Shown here piece after piece: positions 15,377 to 29,423 of a stretch of DNA of 64,000 nt; within the stretch, counting starts at the first letter, position 1; each line of letters begins with the position of its first letter. The position numbers and the translations under genes were made by a program. Where the stretch lies: the NCBI GenBank assembly GCA_951406725.2, contig OX597836.1, forward strand, positions 14,260,001 to 14,324,000, given 5' to 3'. The notes beneath the pieces are model-generated. The model was given only the letters and a program-made list of their open reading frames with translations, ran no database searches and was not told the DNA's origin. The DNA is from Octopus vulgaris (Eukaryota).

Positions 15377-16471
15377 CACATATATATGTATATGTATACA
15401 TATATATATGTATATAAGTGTATGTGTGTGTGTGCGCGCGCGTGCGTTTGTGTATATATGTATATATCGACATTCCTACAAATGCGCTTTACCTCTCGTA
15501 CATACATACATACATACAAACACATATATGCTAACACATACGCGCATATAAGCATGCCCACATGCATACATGCACATGTATACATTCATGCACATATGCA
15601 TGTACACATACATACACATGTACGTATATATACACATCCGCCAATCTCTCTATCACACTTACTATCCATCCATCCATCCATCCATCCATCCATACATACA
15701 TACATACATACATGCATACATACATACATACATACATACATACATACATACATACATACATACATACATGCATACATACACACACACGAACTAGGAGTAA
15801 AAAGCTGTTATCGTAGGAAATTTCATGAACATAAGACTATTTAATCGCAAATTTGCTTTAAACCCACACACTGTATAACATAACATGAAAGGCCACAGCA
15901 TCAATGTTTTATATGTTCTTCCTGGAGATGATGAAGAAAGATTCTGAGCAGGGGTTGGTTGCTGGGTCGCATTCGGAATATAATTAAGTAATGCGGATTC
16001 GATGCAGTATGATTAAATAACTATAGGCGCTGGTGTGGCTTCCCAACCACATGGTTCCGGGTTCAGTTCTATTGCGTGGCATCTTGGGTGAACAGACTCC
16101 ATGAACGAGACGCCTTTCCACCGCTGGATTACGCATTTGCAGCTGATTGGACTGGAACAATTTGAGATGAAGTGTTGTTGCTCAAGACACCGTCAGTTTG
16201 GGAATCGAAACCCCGATCGTGCGATCGAGAATGCAGCACCCCAATCTCTAGGTTATGTGCTTTCATGTGGAAAAAAAATATATGGCGCAAAACGGTCTTG
16301 ATAGCCAAACCGTTTATTAATGATTACATAAGCAAAGACACTTGCCCAAGATGCCACGCAGTGGGACTGAAGCCGGAATCATGTGGTTGGTAAGCAAGCT
16401 ATTAATATTTAACGGAAGTAATAGAGTGACTCAAGGTCTGAGAGTTTTGTACGTCGCCACTTACCAAACTA

Positions 16472-16558
<87 letters not shown>

Positions 16559-17457
16559 AGAGGCATACGCAGGTTTTGTATGTGTGTGTATATGTGACTA
16601 ATTTTCTGTACTTATGTATAGAAGTGTCTTCGGGTGCCTACCTTTACGATCTCTATTTTAGATGAAAATCAGAGATGAATCGGTAAAAGAAGTACGTACA
16701 GGGTTCAGCACAATCGACTAAAACTAATAAAAGAAACCTCTCGAAACTGGTGCTCCAGCATGACCACAAACCAATGACTAAAGCTGATATCAAAATAACA
16801 GAATGAAACAATAAACTTTATATATCATTTGATGTAGAATTAGATTTAGTTAAGAACAGTCAAAATAAACGATAATTTTTTGATGTTGCCAGAAGGCCTA
16901 AACACATTTATTATAAGAAAAAGAGGAAACGAGTTTCATAAAAAAATATTTCGTTCTTCTTCTTCTTCTTCCAATTCTTCTTCTTCTTCTTCTTCTTCTT
17001 CTTCTTCTTCTTCTTCTTCTTCTTCTTCTTCTTCTTCTTCTTCTTCTTCTTCTTCTTCTAATTCTTCTTCTTCTTCTTCTTCTTCTTCTTCCAATTCTTC
17101 TCCTTCTTCTTCTTCTTCTTCTTCTTCTTCTTCTTCTTCTTCTTCTTCTTCTTCCAATTCTTCTTCTTCTTCTTCTTCTTCTTCTTCTTCTTCTTCTAAT
17201 TCTTCTTCTTCTTCTTCTTCTTCTTCTTCTTCTTCTTCTTCATCATCTTCTTCTTCTTCTTCTTCTTCTTCTTCTTCTTCTTCTTCTTCTTCTTCTTCTT
17301 CTTCTTCTTCTTCTATATCTTCTTCTTCTTCTTCTTCTTCTTCTTCTTCTTTTTCTTCTTCTTTTTCTTCTTCTTCTTCTTCTTCTTCTTCTTCTTCTTC
17401 TTCTTCTTTTTCTACTTCTTCTTCTTCACTTTTGTCTCTCTACCTGCCTGCTTGCTG

Positions 17458-17511
<54 letters not shown>

Positions 17512-17546
17512 GTCTCTCTCTGTCTCTGTCCAGTTGTCTGTCTATT

Positions 17547-17618
<72 letters not shown>

Positions 17619-17629
17619 ATGTATATGTT

Positions 17630-17838
17630 TGTGCGTCTGTGTTTGTCCCCACCACCATCGCTTGACAACCGATGCTGGTGTGTTTACGTCCCTGTAACTT
17701 AGCGGCTCGGCAAAAGAAATCGATAGAATAAGTACTAGGCTTACAAAGAAGAAGTCCAGGGGGTCGATATCTTCGACTAAAAGACGGTGCTCCAGCATGG
17801 CCGCAGTCAAATGACTGAAACAAGTAAAAGAATAAAAG
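17630..17838 (+). mobile_element. SINE family 2 3' half
   Basis: GCTTGACAACCGATGCTGG...GACTGAAACAAGTAAAAG. Confidence 0.85.
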
Positions 17839-17845
17839 GATATCT

Positions 17846-18349
17846 GTATGTATGTATGTATGTATGTATGTATGTATTATGTATGTATGTATGTATGTAT
17901 GTATGTATGTATGTATGTATGCATGTATGTATGTATGTATGTATGTATGTATGTATGTATGTATGTATTATGTATGCATGTATGTATGTATGTATGTATG
18001 TATGTATGTATGTATGTATGTATGTATGTATGTATGTATGTGTGTATGTGTGTGTTTGTATGTATGTATGTATGTATGTATGTATATATGTATGTATGTA
18101 TGCATGCATGCATGCATGTATGTATGTATGTATGTATGTATGTATGTATGTATGTATGTATGTATGTATGTAGGTATGTATGTATGTATGTATGTATGTA
18201 TGTATGTATGTATGTATGTATGTATGTATGTATGTATGTATGTATGTATGTATGTATGTATGTATGTATGTATGTATGTATGTATGTATGTATGTATGTA
18301 TGTATGTATGTGTGTAGTGTGTATGTATGTATGTATGTATGTATGTATG

Positions 18350-18383
<34 letters not shown>

Positions 18384-18977
18384 TGTATGTATGTATGTAT
18401 GTATGTATGTATGTATGTATGTATGTATGTATGTATGTATGTATGTATGTATGTATGTATGTATGTATGTATGTATGTATGTATGTATGTATGTATGTAT
18501 GTATGTATGTATGTATGTATGTATGTATGTATGTATGTATGTATGTATGTATGTATGTATGTATGCATGCATGCATGTATGTATGTATGTATGTATGTAT
18601 GTATGCATGCATGCATGTATGTATGTATGTATGTATGTATGTATGTATGTATGTATGTATGTATGTATGTATGTATGTATGTATGTATGTATGTATGTAT
18701 GTATGTATGTATGTATGCATGCATGCATGTATGTATGTATGTATGTATGTATGTATGTATGTATGTATGTATGTATGTATGTATGTATGTATGTATGTAT
18801 GTATGTATGTATGTATGTATGTATGTATGTATGTATGTATGTATGTATGTATGTATGTATGTATGTATGTATGTATGTATGTATGTATGTATGTATGTAT
18901 GTATGTATGTATGTATGTATGTATGTATGTATGTATGCATGCATGCATGTATGTATGTATGTATGTATGTATGTATG

Positions 18978-19009
<32 letters not shown>

Positions 19010-19190
19010 TGTATGTATGTATGTATGTATGTGTGTATGTGTGTGTTTGTATGTATGTATGTATGTATATATGTATGTATGCATGCATGCATGCATGCAT
19101 GTATGTATGTATGTATGTATGTATGTATGTATGTATGTATGTATGTATGTATGTATGTATGTATGTATATATGTATTGTGTGTGTGTATA
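17846..19190. repeat. (TATG)n microsatellite
   Basis: About 1.35 kb of tetranucleotide repeat with CATG variants. Confidence 0.98.
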
Positions 19191-19921
19191 TATACGTCTG
19201 TGTGTGTGATGTGTGCTAAGCAATCCCCAAATCTCAAATGCCAGTATTGTTTATTGTTTTTAGTTCAATCTTCATTTGTTATCTTTAAACATTGTCTCAG
19301 ACTCAGAAGTAGGGGGAGGAGTGGGATGAGGAGGAGGAAGAGGAGGAGGCGAGGAGGCGAGGAGGGGAACAAGGGGAGGGAAAGGAGGGGGGAGAGGAAG
19401 GAGAGCAGCGAAAGGGGCGAGGATGGTGGTGGTGGTGGTGGTGGTGGGGGGTGCGATAGGGATATGGATTGCCTTGAGGAAGTGGAAGAGGAATTTGTAG
19501 GATGAGGAAGAGAAAGGAAAGGGAAGAGGAAGAGGAAGACCACCCGTTTGCCAACGATATCATCATCATTAGCATCATTAGCGTCATTAGCATCATTATC
19601 GTCGATGTTCTCCTTGGTGTCCACCACCACCACCACCACCACCTATATCACTACTCCTTCCCCAATCGTCGTCGTCATCATCAGCATTATCATCATCATC
19701 ATAACCGTCACTGGCCGCTGCCTCCACCACCACCACCAGCACCAGCACCAGCACCAGCACCATCATCATCATGATGACCGTTACCGGCCGCTGCTACCAC
19801 CCTCACCGTCACCACCACCGCCATAAGCGCCACACACTCCATCAGCACCAATACCCCAACCAAGTACCGTCATCAGTACTAGTACCATCGTCATCATCAT
19901 CACCACCACCACCATCATCAT

Positions 19922-20019
<98 letters not shown>

Positions 20020-20037
20020 CCACCACCACCACTACCG

Positions 20038-20070
<33 letters not shown>

Positions 20071-20203
20071 TCACCACCACCACCACCACCACCATCATCA
20101 TCATCATTATCATCATCGCCATCGTTGTCGTTGTCGTCATCATCATCACCATGATCATCATTATCGTCGTCGTCGTTGAGGTCGTTTTTATCATTACCAA
20201 CCT

Positions 20204-20234
<31 letters not shown>

Positions 20235-20742
20235 AGCAGCAGCAACAGCAGCAGCAGCAACAGCAGCAACAGCAACATCAGAACACTAAGTACAAGAAAG
20301 TCAACGATAACAAACAAGCCTCCTCCTCCTCTTTCCTCTCGCCTCTCACCACCACCCCTCTTCTCAGAAGATAAACTTAAATTATACAGAACAAGAACAA
20401 GAACAACAAGAACAATAACAACAACAACAACAACAACAACACAGTAACAGACAGTATTAATAACAATAACGACAACAACAACGATAGCAAACATACAACA
20501 GGCAGAGATAACACTTAGAACTCGCCGCCCTTCCCTTAACGCGCCTCCCCAGTCCCAAATCTTGACCATTCGTGGCAGCACCGTCTTCGGTTATCTGCGG
20601 AACATAATTCTCTCAGAAGAAACCCAATCTCTATAAAAGACTGATAGAAGTGTGTGTGTGTGTGTGTGTGTGTGTGATGTAAACATGTAAACATTAGCAA
20701 TTGTTAATCGGTAAGGTAACATGTTAGTATATATATATATAT

Positions 20743-20794
<52 letters not shown>

Positions 20795-21034
20795 TATAAT
20801 TTGGGGTATCTGAGAGATACCATCAAGCTGGAAATAGCAGTCAAAACTTGACTCTAAAACCACATTAAATGTTCATATAGCACCAGGAGAGAAGACAAAG
20901 AGACAAAATAAACTAGAAAAAAATTACTGGATAATTCTAGTGTGGTGGTATCTCTTAGATACACTAAATTATAATTTTAAATAATTATTACCTTTGAAAT
21001 ATAGTTTTTCTATCGTCTCCGCTTAACAACCCTC

Positions 21035-21410
21035 ACCGTTTGTTTTTACTGTCCTGTTCTTGTTACCACTTTTACCCATCCACAAAAATCCCAAATTTTA
21101 TTTAATTTGCTTTGCGGGAAGGACTATTTCAACGAAGTCGCGTCTTGTCCTTACCTTCGGAGCGCGGAGTAGACGAAACAGGGACAACTGAAGAAGGGGA
21201 ATAGTCCTTGTGTTGTATGTCATGGAAAAGTTCGTTTCCATGCTTTTGTCTTTATATTTTCGTTTCTCATTGTGTTCAACGTTTTTTTGATGTCCTGTAC
21301 CCATATATGCATGTATTTATACATATAGATGTAGGTATGTACATATATGTATGTATATATGCATATATACAAATGCATATGTATCCATGAATCCTTTTCC
21401 AAGTAAGTTT
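21035..21410 (+). mobile_element. Non-autonomous ribozyme-bearing repeat, family A (retrozyme/Penelope-dependent-like)
   Basis: Colinear with 57337-57800(-): GTTTTTAC(T)GTCCTGTT, hammerhead, T-rich tail, GTCCTGTAC.CA, TAGATGTAGGTA.GTACATATATG, CCAAGTA(C)AGTT, then a microsatellite. Confidence 0.65.
21124..21199 (+). ncRNA. Candidate non-circularly permuted hammerhead ribozyme (family A, GAAA mutated to GGAG)
   Basis: CUAUUUC-aacgaagu-CGCGU-C-UUGUCC-uua-CCUUC-GGA-GCGCG-gaguagac-GAAACAG-GGACAA-CUGAAGA-A-GGGG. Homologous to the 57.6 kb copy with compensatory changes in stems I and III and in the extra helix. GUC triplet at 21142-21144. Confidence 0.65.
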
Positions 21411-21483
<73 letters not shown>

Positions 21484-21514
21484 CAGATGCAGCACAGTAT
21501 TTTGTCAGTGAACT

Positions 21515-22843
21515 GGTCGCGGTTTCAAAGCGACGAAAATATTTTGACAAATTCCCCACCCCCCAAAAAATTTTATTTACGGAATCTCACGTTTTCGGCT
21601 ACGGAGATTCCGCGTCTGAAAAAAAATTTCGGTGGAATTTAGTGGGGTGGGCAAACTTCGGCAATGTGCTTGAGAAATCTATTGAAATTGTGGAAATTTT
21701 TCTTCACCGTAAATCCATACATTTCTCGATACGTAAATTCGTCGACGCGAGACCATTTCATATCGCCCGATGATCCAGTGACATACTTCAACAGTCTTTT
21801 GATTCGGGACCAATAGGCCTCAATGTAGTTTATGCAAGCGCTGGTTTCAGGGTCAACGAAATTCTGTGAATGGTTTACCGTTCTGTGGATATAGCCAAGT
21901 TGCTGTGAATTTCTATAGTTGGTCCATTTATCGGTAAGAATTACAGTACCGGTAACACATTTTCTTTTATCACAGTTTACAGTGTTGCTGTGGTTCTGTC
22001 GGGTACGCCCTGTAAAAATCCTTTCTTCACAGTGGTGTCACAACACTCGACAACCCACATTTGATGGCCTATCCTCCCTACATTGTCACATCCTCCTTTC
22101 CTTTGTCATATTACTGCGGGAAATTACTCTGAAAGAAATCTTTGCAGAAAGGTGAGTAGATTGATAACATATTTCTTTCATTATGTTATCGCAGTTTTGT
22201 GAGATTTGGATATTATTTCTAGCATGTAGATAGCCTGCTTGGAGGCCAAGGCCGTAGAATCGTGAGGGGAGGGGTTGGGCTAATTTTTTCTCTTTGAAAA
22301 ATTTTGCAAACAATTTTTTTCAGAATCATAATCTCCGTATTTTTCTACGAGGCTCCGGCAGGGGCTGGTGGTGATCCCTGCTGTACTCTTTCACCACAAC
22401 TTTCTCTCACTCTTACTTCCTGTTTCTGCTGTACCTGTATTTCAAAGGGCTGGCCTTGTCACTCTCTGTGTCACGCTGAATATCCCCGAGAACTACGTTA
22501 AGGGTACACGTGTCTGTGGAGTGCTCAGCCACTTACACGTTAATTTCACGAGCAGGCTGTTCCGTTGATTCGGATCAACCGGAACCCTCGTCGTCGTAAC
22601 CGACGGAGTGCTTCCATTTTTCTACGTGTTTCGAAAAAAAAAAAAAATCCGGAAAAAGTTTAAAAAAATGAAGAAATGGGGGGACGGGGGAGGGAATTAA
22701 ATTTTTGAAGTTGCGATTTATAATCATGTTTTTTCAGAATCGGAATCTCCATAACTGAAAACATGGGATTCCGCAAAAAAAAAAAAAAAAAGAAATTTTC
22801 TAAAGTAGGGAGGGGTCCATTTACGTCTCCACCATGTGCGCCC
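21515..22843 (-). mobile_element. Merlin (IS1016/IS1595-like) DNA transposon relic
   Basis: Minus frame at 21720-21960 gives GTVILTDKW..Y..LGYIHRTVNHSQNFVDPET..IEAYWSRIK..DEFTYR. Subterminal inverted repeats at 21581-21627 and 22731-22772. Confidence 0.85.
22350..22615 (+). mobile_element. 5'-truncated SINE inserted in Merlin with an 11-bp TSD
   Basis: ATTTTTCTACG at 22339-22349 and 22616-22626; body homologous to 48090-48270. Confidence 0.8.
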
Positions 22844-23149
22844 TTTTTTTCACTTACGCACGTTTCAAAAGATCCGGGGAGTTATACCTGAAGTCTATTG
22901 TGGTTTGGTCCATTGATTGATCAATCAACCAACCATTTTACAAAGCCATTATAGTCTCAGATTTTTTTGTTTTGGAAGGTATAAACAATCATAGCTAAAG
23001 GAAGAGGATAGAAGCTTTCTGATCACATGGCTCCGGGTTCAGTTCCATCGCGTGGTACCTTGGGCAAGTGTCTTCTACGATAGGCTCGAGTCGACTAAAA
23101 TCTTGTGAGTGGATTTGGCAGTGGATTTGGAAATTGAAAGTCAATCATA

Positions 23150-23510
23150 TTTTCTTTTATTTGTTTCAGTCATTTGACTGCGGCCATGCTGGAGCACCGC
23201 TTTTAGTTGAACAAATCGACCCCGGGACTTATTCTTTGTGAGTCTAGTACTTATTCTATCGGTCTCTTTTGCCGAACCGCTAAGTAACGGAGGCGTAAAC
23301 ACACCAACACCGGTTGTCAGGTGATGGTGGGGCAACAAACACAGATACACAAACATACACACACACACACACACATACGACGGGATTCTTTCAGTTTCCG
23401 TCTACCAAATCCACTCACAAGGCTTTGGTCGGCCCGAGGCTATAGTAGAAGACACTTGCCCAAGGTGCCACGCAGCGGGACCGAACCCGGAACCATGTGC
23501 TGGTGAAGCA
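23150..23510 (-). mobile_element. SINE family 2 copy
   Basis: Homologous to 35078-35469; lies tail-to-tail with a + strand head fragment at ~23010-23140. Confidence 0.85.
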
Positions 23511-24300
23511 ATATGGTCGACTATTTGGCTGCCAGCACTTATTTTTTCATCGACCTCGGGAGAACGACACGCAAAGTCAACGAGAACTGGATTTGAAACG
23601 CAGAACGTAACTAAAATAGCAGAAAGATAATTTCTGTATGAAACATTCCGGTCGTCATAAAAAAAGTAACCACAAAAAAAAAAACAACCGAAAAATAAAG
23701 AAAAGACAGGAGAAAAAGAAGGGAAGGAAAAAAGAAGGAAAAGAAGGCAAAAGGGAAAGGAAGAAAGGAAGGAAGGAAAGGAGGATGGTTCCTAAAACGA
23801 GAAATTGCGAAGGAGAGAAGCAGAAGAACGAGGTGGGGGGGGGGGGGGGCTAAAGAAAATGAAACATGGCGGAAGCGACGTTATAGTCTTCCGCTATTAA
23901 TGAGCGCTACGAATTAGTGTCTTAGCGAGTCATTAATTTTACAATAAAGGCCTGTAACTTCTTTGAGCTTAACGCTACGGCTGACTTTTATGGACAATAA
24001 ATAACTATTAGAACGGCAATTGGTTTTTCAAAATGCTTGCATGTGTGCGAGCGATTAATATGCACACGTACGTACATACCTACATACGTACGTACGTATA
24101 TTTGTACATACATACGTACGTACGTAGATACGTACATACATACATGGTGAAACACAGCTTCATACACACATATGTATATGTATATATTGACACACATACA
24201 CACGCACACACACACAAATTATCTAATGCTAAAATAGAAAGACACACAAAACACGTGCGGTTATGAATCCATACATTTCACATAATTTCGGTCCCTTCAG

Positions 24301-24335
<35 letters not shown>

Positions 24336-24544
24336 CATACATACATACATACATACATGCATACATGCATACATACATACATACATACATACATACATAC
24401 ATACATACATACATACACACATACACATATATATGTATACATATATACACACACACATATATATATGCATATATATATACATATATATACATATACATAT
24501 ATACACATATATATTATAGGTACATGTATATATATATATATATA

Positions 24545-24578
<34 letters not shown>

Positions 24579-24625
24579 TACACACACTTATACACACACA
24601 CACACACACACAGACACACACACAC

Positions 24626-24667
<42 letters not shown>

Positions 24668-24814
24668 GTATGCATGCGCACATATAAACATTCACATATG
24701 TATATATTAACCCAATTATGTGTATAATTAATATAGATATATGTACACAATACATTCATACGTATAAACATATGTATAAAAGAAACGAAGCACATACACG
24801 TAAATATGTGCACT

Positions 24815-24867
<53 letters not shown>

Positions 24868-25055
24868 GTTTGATACAGGACTTCAGTGAAGATTGCCGTC
24901 GGTTGTTTACGAGCTGTATCCAAAGTAATAAGGAAGTGTGTACATGTTGTCTCAGATGGCTGCAAGCAACCATGAGTGTATCATAATGGAGACATTTGTT
25001 TCCATTTTATGTTCCAAAACACTCGCTCATACTTTCACAGGTGTATCATTTGTTT

Positions 25056-25122
<67 letters not shown>

Positions 25123-25408
25123 GAATATATATATATTTGTATATATGCATATGAATATATATATATATATATATATATAAATGTAATTATATATGTATGT
25201 ATTTACATATACATACATATATATGTATACAATCGTTTACACGTGCACAAACAACTATGAATGAACATGTGTGCAATATGTATATATATATTTTATATAT
25301 ACATACATATATGTTATATGTATATATAGATATAGATAAAGATGTAAAGATATAAGCATACATATGTATTCATATATATGTATGTGTGTGTGTATACACA
25401 TACACACA

Positions 25409-25449
<41 letters not shown>

Positions 25450-25569
25450 GCATACTTGTATATTATAGACACTGATATAAAGATATATATATATATATAT
25501 GTCCGTACTTATAGATACATACAAATATGATATCCATTCATATACATACATACATACATATACATATAC

Positions 25570-25633
<64 letters not shown>

Positions 25634-26248
25634 TCCCACAAACGTACTTAAACACTCATCTACACGTGCACAAATATTTACGAAAGAATAAGTACAAATT
25701 ACACATATGTGCGTATATGCTCGTGTATGTATACATTTTGTGTGTATATGCCTATTCATGTAAATGTTTGGTGTACAAAAAAAACAAAACATATTCATTC
25801 TGTTCATATATTTTAGCAGATATTGTATATACTCTGTCTATACCTATGTGTATAATTATTTATAATTATCTACACTCTCACTTATATATGTGGATGTGTG
25901 TGCATGTATTTGTGTGTGTGTGTGTATGTGTGTGTGTGTGTGTGTGCGTGTTTGTCTGTATCTGTGTCTATATGTTCGCGTATGTGTCAGTGTGGTGTGT
26001 GTGTGCCTATGTATTTGTGTTTGTGTAAGCGTGTATGTATGTATGTATGTATATGTATGCATGCATGTATGTATGTATGTATGTATGTATGTATGTATGT
26101 ATGTATGTATGCATGCATGCATGTATGTATGTATGTAAGTTTGTTTGTATGTATGTATGTATGTATGTATGTACCTATCTATCTATCTATCCATCCATCC
26201 ATCCATCCATCCATCCATCCATCAATCCATCCATCCATCCATCCATCC

Positions 26249-26326
<78 letters not shown>

Positions 26327-26384
26327 ATATCTATCTATCTATCTATTTACCCCTCTCTTTCATACACATACATACATACATACG

Positions 26385-27015
26385 TGGTCAATAAGTATAC
26401 AGACTGTTGCTATAGTAACGAAGCTAAAGCACGCAGAGTGAAGCCGCTTGGCACAGATTGACCTTGAACTCTGCCACGCATGTGCACTGAGTTTAACGTT
26501 CTAGCTCACTTCTAGTATTTACAACAGTGCTTGAAAGGAAGGTGTGTAGCGTGCGATCGTCGCACTGACCACGACAGAGAATGTTGAGCAGAGAATCTGC
26601 ATCAAATTTTGGCAAAAGCTCGGCGATACCTGCTCAGAGGACTACACAAAGTTTTCAAAAAGTTTTCATCGTTCTCGACACAATCAAAGAGATCTTTTTG
26701 TTCAAGGGAAAGCAGTTTTAGTACAAACTTGGCAGATACGCGTCTCATAGCCAATTCTTGAGTGATAATGGACCGAACTGAACCGTAACTTATCTGCCCA
26801 TCCTCTGATAACTCACGGATGGTGATTCTACGATTTCCCCTCACAGCTGCATGCACACTTGCGATGTTTTCCTCAGTTCTGCAGTTTGTGGGTCTCCCAG
26901 AACGTTCCTCAATATCAACATATTTTCGGCCATCTTGGAAATATCTGAACCACTCGTACACTTGTGTGTGGCTCATACACTCCTCTCCATACACTTTCTG
27001 CAACTTTGCAAAGGC
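26385..27015. mobile_element. Mariner (irritans-like) relic with internal inversion
   Basis: N-terminus TENVEQRICIKFWQKLGDTCSE on + (26573-26640). Continuation LQKVYGEECMSHTQVYEWF..RSGRP..VSAKFV on - (27003 to ~26655). Confidence 0.85.
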
Positions 27016-27135
27016 TTTTGAGCAATTTTTCCGCCTTAATAAATAAATTTTTATAAATTTTTAAAGCGGAAAAATTGTCAGAAAAGCCATTTCGATTCAT
27101 TTTTTCAAAGATAGATACATAGATAGATAGATAGT

Positions 27136-27310
<175 letters not shown>

Positions 27311-27337
27311 GTAGATAGATAGATAGATAGATAGATT

Positions 27338-27408
<71 letters not shown>

Positions 27409-27749
27409 GCACAAGTTTTCTGATCATTGATGGTCCGAAAACTCTTTTAGACTAGATAAAACAACACCCGTACATTTGGAATTTTCTCGGCCGTCATATT
27501 TGTTTAATTTCAGACTTCATATGACATAAAGAACGACGTGTTTCCCTTAAATTGTTTACGCTATGACGTTTGGTGGTTATATAATGCTGTATTTTACTCA
27601 TACCTACGTTCAGACACTTTTACGATTTCCTCGTTAGTAGTGTTTCTGTGATTACAGGCGGTTTCGGGCTTTTCAGCATCAGACCTCCTCACCCAATTGA
27701 CACAACCGGGGTTGACCCAGTCCTGATAGCAGCAAACCAATGGTCTGCC

Positions 27750-28215
27750 CTCTGCGATAACATTCTCTTTTGATCCTTCCCCTCATCACGGAATGTTTGA
27801 TTCCGTCCCCTTCAAATACTCCTAGGTATTTGAAACTCTCTGCTGGTTCTAACTCCTTTATGACATTCTGCTGGTCAACGTTAACGTTAGATATTTCTGT
27901 CATTTTTCACATTTTTCGAGGCGAAATGAATTGTTTAACAATCGCTAGTGAGTCCTGTAGTTGTTGGTCATTTTTAGCAAAGAGCTTTCAATCATCCATG
28001 TAAATGAGATGATTTATATTTTTATCAAACATTTTATAACTGTACTGTGCATCATTGAGCAATTTCGAGAGAGGTATTAAGGCTAGACAAAAGAGGAGCG
28101 GTGATAGAGAGTCACCCTGGAAAATGCCACAGGAAATTCTTACATCTCCAGCATTACGAGATTCATCGTCACTGTTCATAGTCAATGTGGTTTTCCATGA
28201 TCTCATACAGACAAA

Positions 28216-28218
<3 letters not shown>
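27750..28218 (-). pseudogene. R4/Dong-clade non-LTR retrotransposon RT fragment
   Basis: CGIFQGDSLSPLLFCLALIPLS..INHLIYMDD*KLFAKND..FKYLGV; abuts (TAA)n. Confidence 0.88.
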
Positions 28219-28254
<36 letters not shown>

Positions 28255-28966
28255 CATTATTATTATTATTATTATATGGATGGCGGCGATTTGGCAGAAT
28301 AATAATGGTTTCAAATTTTGGCATTAGGCTAGCAATTTAGGGAGAGGGTTAAGTCGATTATATAGACCCGAGGGTTCAATTGGTTCTCATTTTATCGACC
28401 CCCGAAAAGGTAAAGTCGATCTCGGCGGAATTTGAACTCAGAGCGTAAAGACGAACGAAATGCCGCTAAGCATTTTGTCCGTCGTGCTAACGGTTCTACC
28501 AGCTCGCCACCTTAATGATAATAATAATAACAGTAATAATAGTTATATTAATAGTAATAATATCTATTCCAACTCACCCTTTACTTACGGTCGTACGTTA
28601 AAACAGCGGATTTACATCGATGTTTGATGTCTCCCTAATTATTTTCCTTATCGTTTTCATTTCATTGAATAGCAGACGACATTATTTCAATGGCAGACGG
28701 TAGCAGTTTGTTTGTTTGATTTTAAAAGGGTCAAACAGAGCGGTTGCAAACTAACGACTAAACGACAAAACTACGTCCCAGAAGTGTCAGATTCATAATT
28801 GGAAGTTCTCCGGTAGCCATTTTTTCAATTATGTTTCCGTTTGCTAAGATATGATGGGTATACATTCGCTGTAAATGTTAGCCATTCTCAATATCCGTTC
28901 GATGATGTTAAATGGCGGAACGCTAAAATGATCAAATAATATTTCCAGTCATTTCCATATACGCAA

Positions 28967-29047
<81 letters not shown>

Positions 29048-29383
29048 TATATGTGCATGTTTGGGTATATATATATATGTATATATATAAATACACACAC
29101 ACACACATATACATATATATATGAGTATGTATGTGTATGTGCATATGATATGTATGTATATGTGTATGTGTTTGCGGGTATGCGTGTATATATATGTGTG
29201 TGTGTATACTTGGTATACTGATGCATCTGAATATACACATGCACACATACATGTTTATACGTGCGTGCGTGAGTGTGTGCGCGTGCGTGTATGTGTATGT
29301 ATGAATGTGTTCATATGTAGTATGTCAGTTCGACTACGGGTGTCTCTGTTCACAACACTGCTGCTACCATCATCATCGTCAAT

Positions 29384-29423
<40 letters not shown>

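Noticed and set aside
24865-25060. Element between (TA)n tracts with a GATACAG/CTGTATC stem
   Set aside because: The context resembles the ribozyme repeats, but no catalytic core was found on either strand.
27655-27715. Minus-strand CUGAUG-CUGAAAAGCCC-GAAACCG hammerhead-like string
   Set aside because: A9 is missing, stem II is incomplete and there is no convincing stem I; it may be a decayed ribozyme but cannot be supported.
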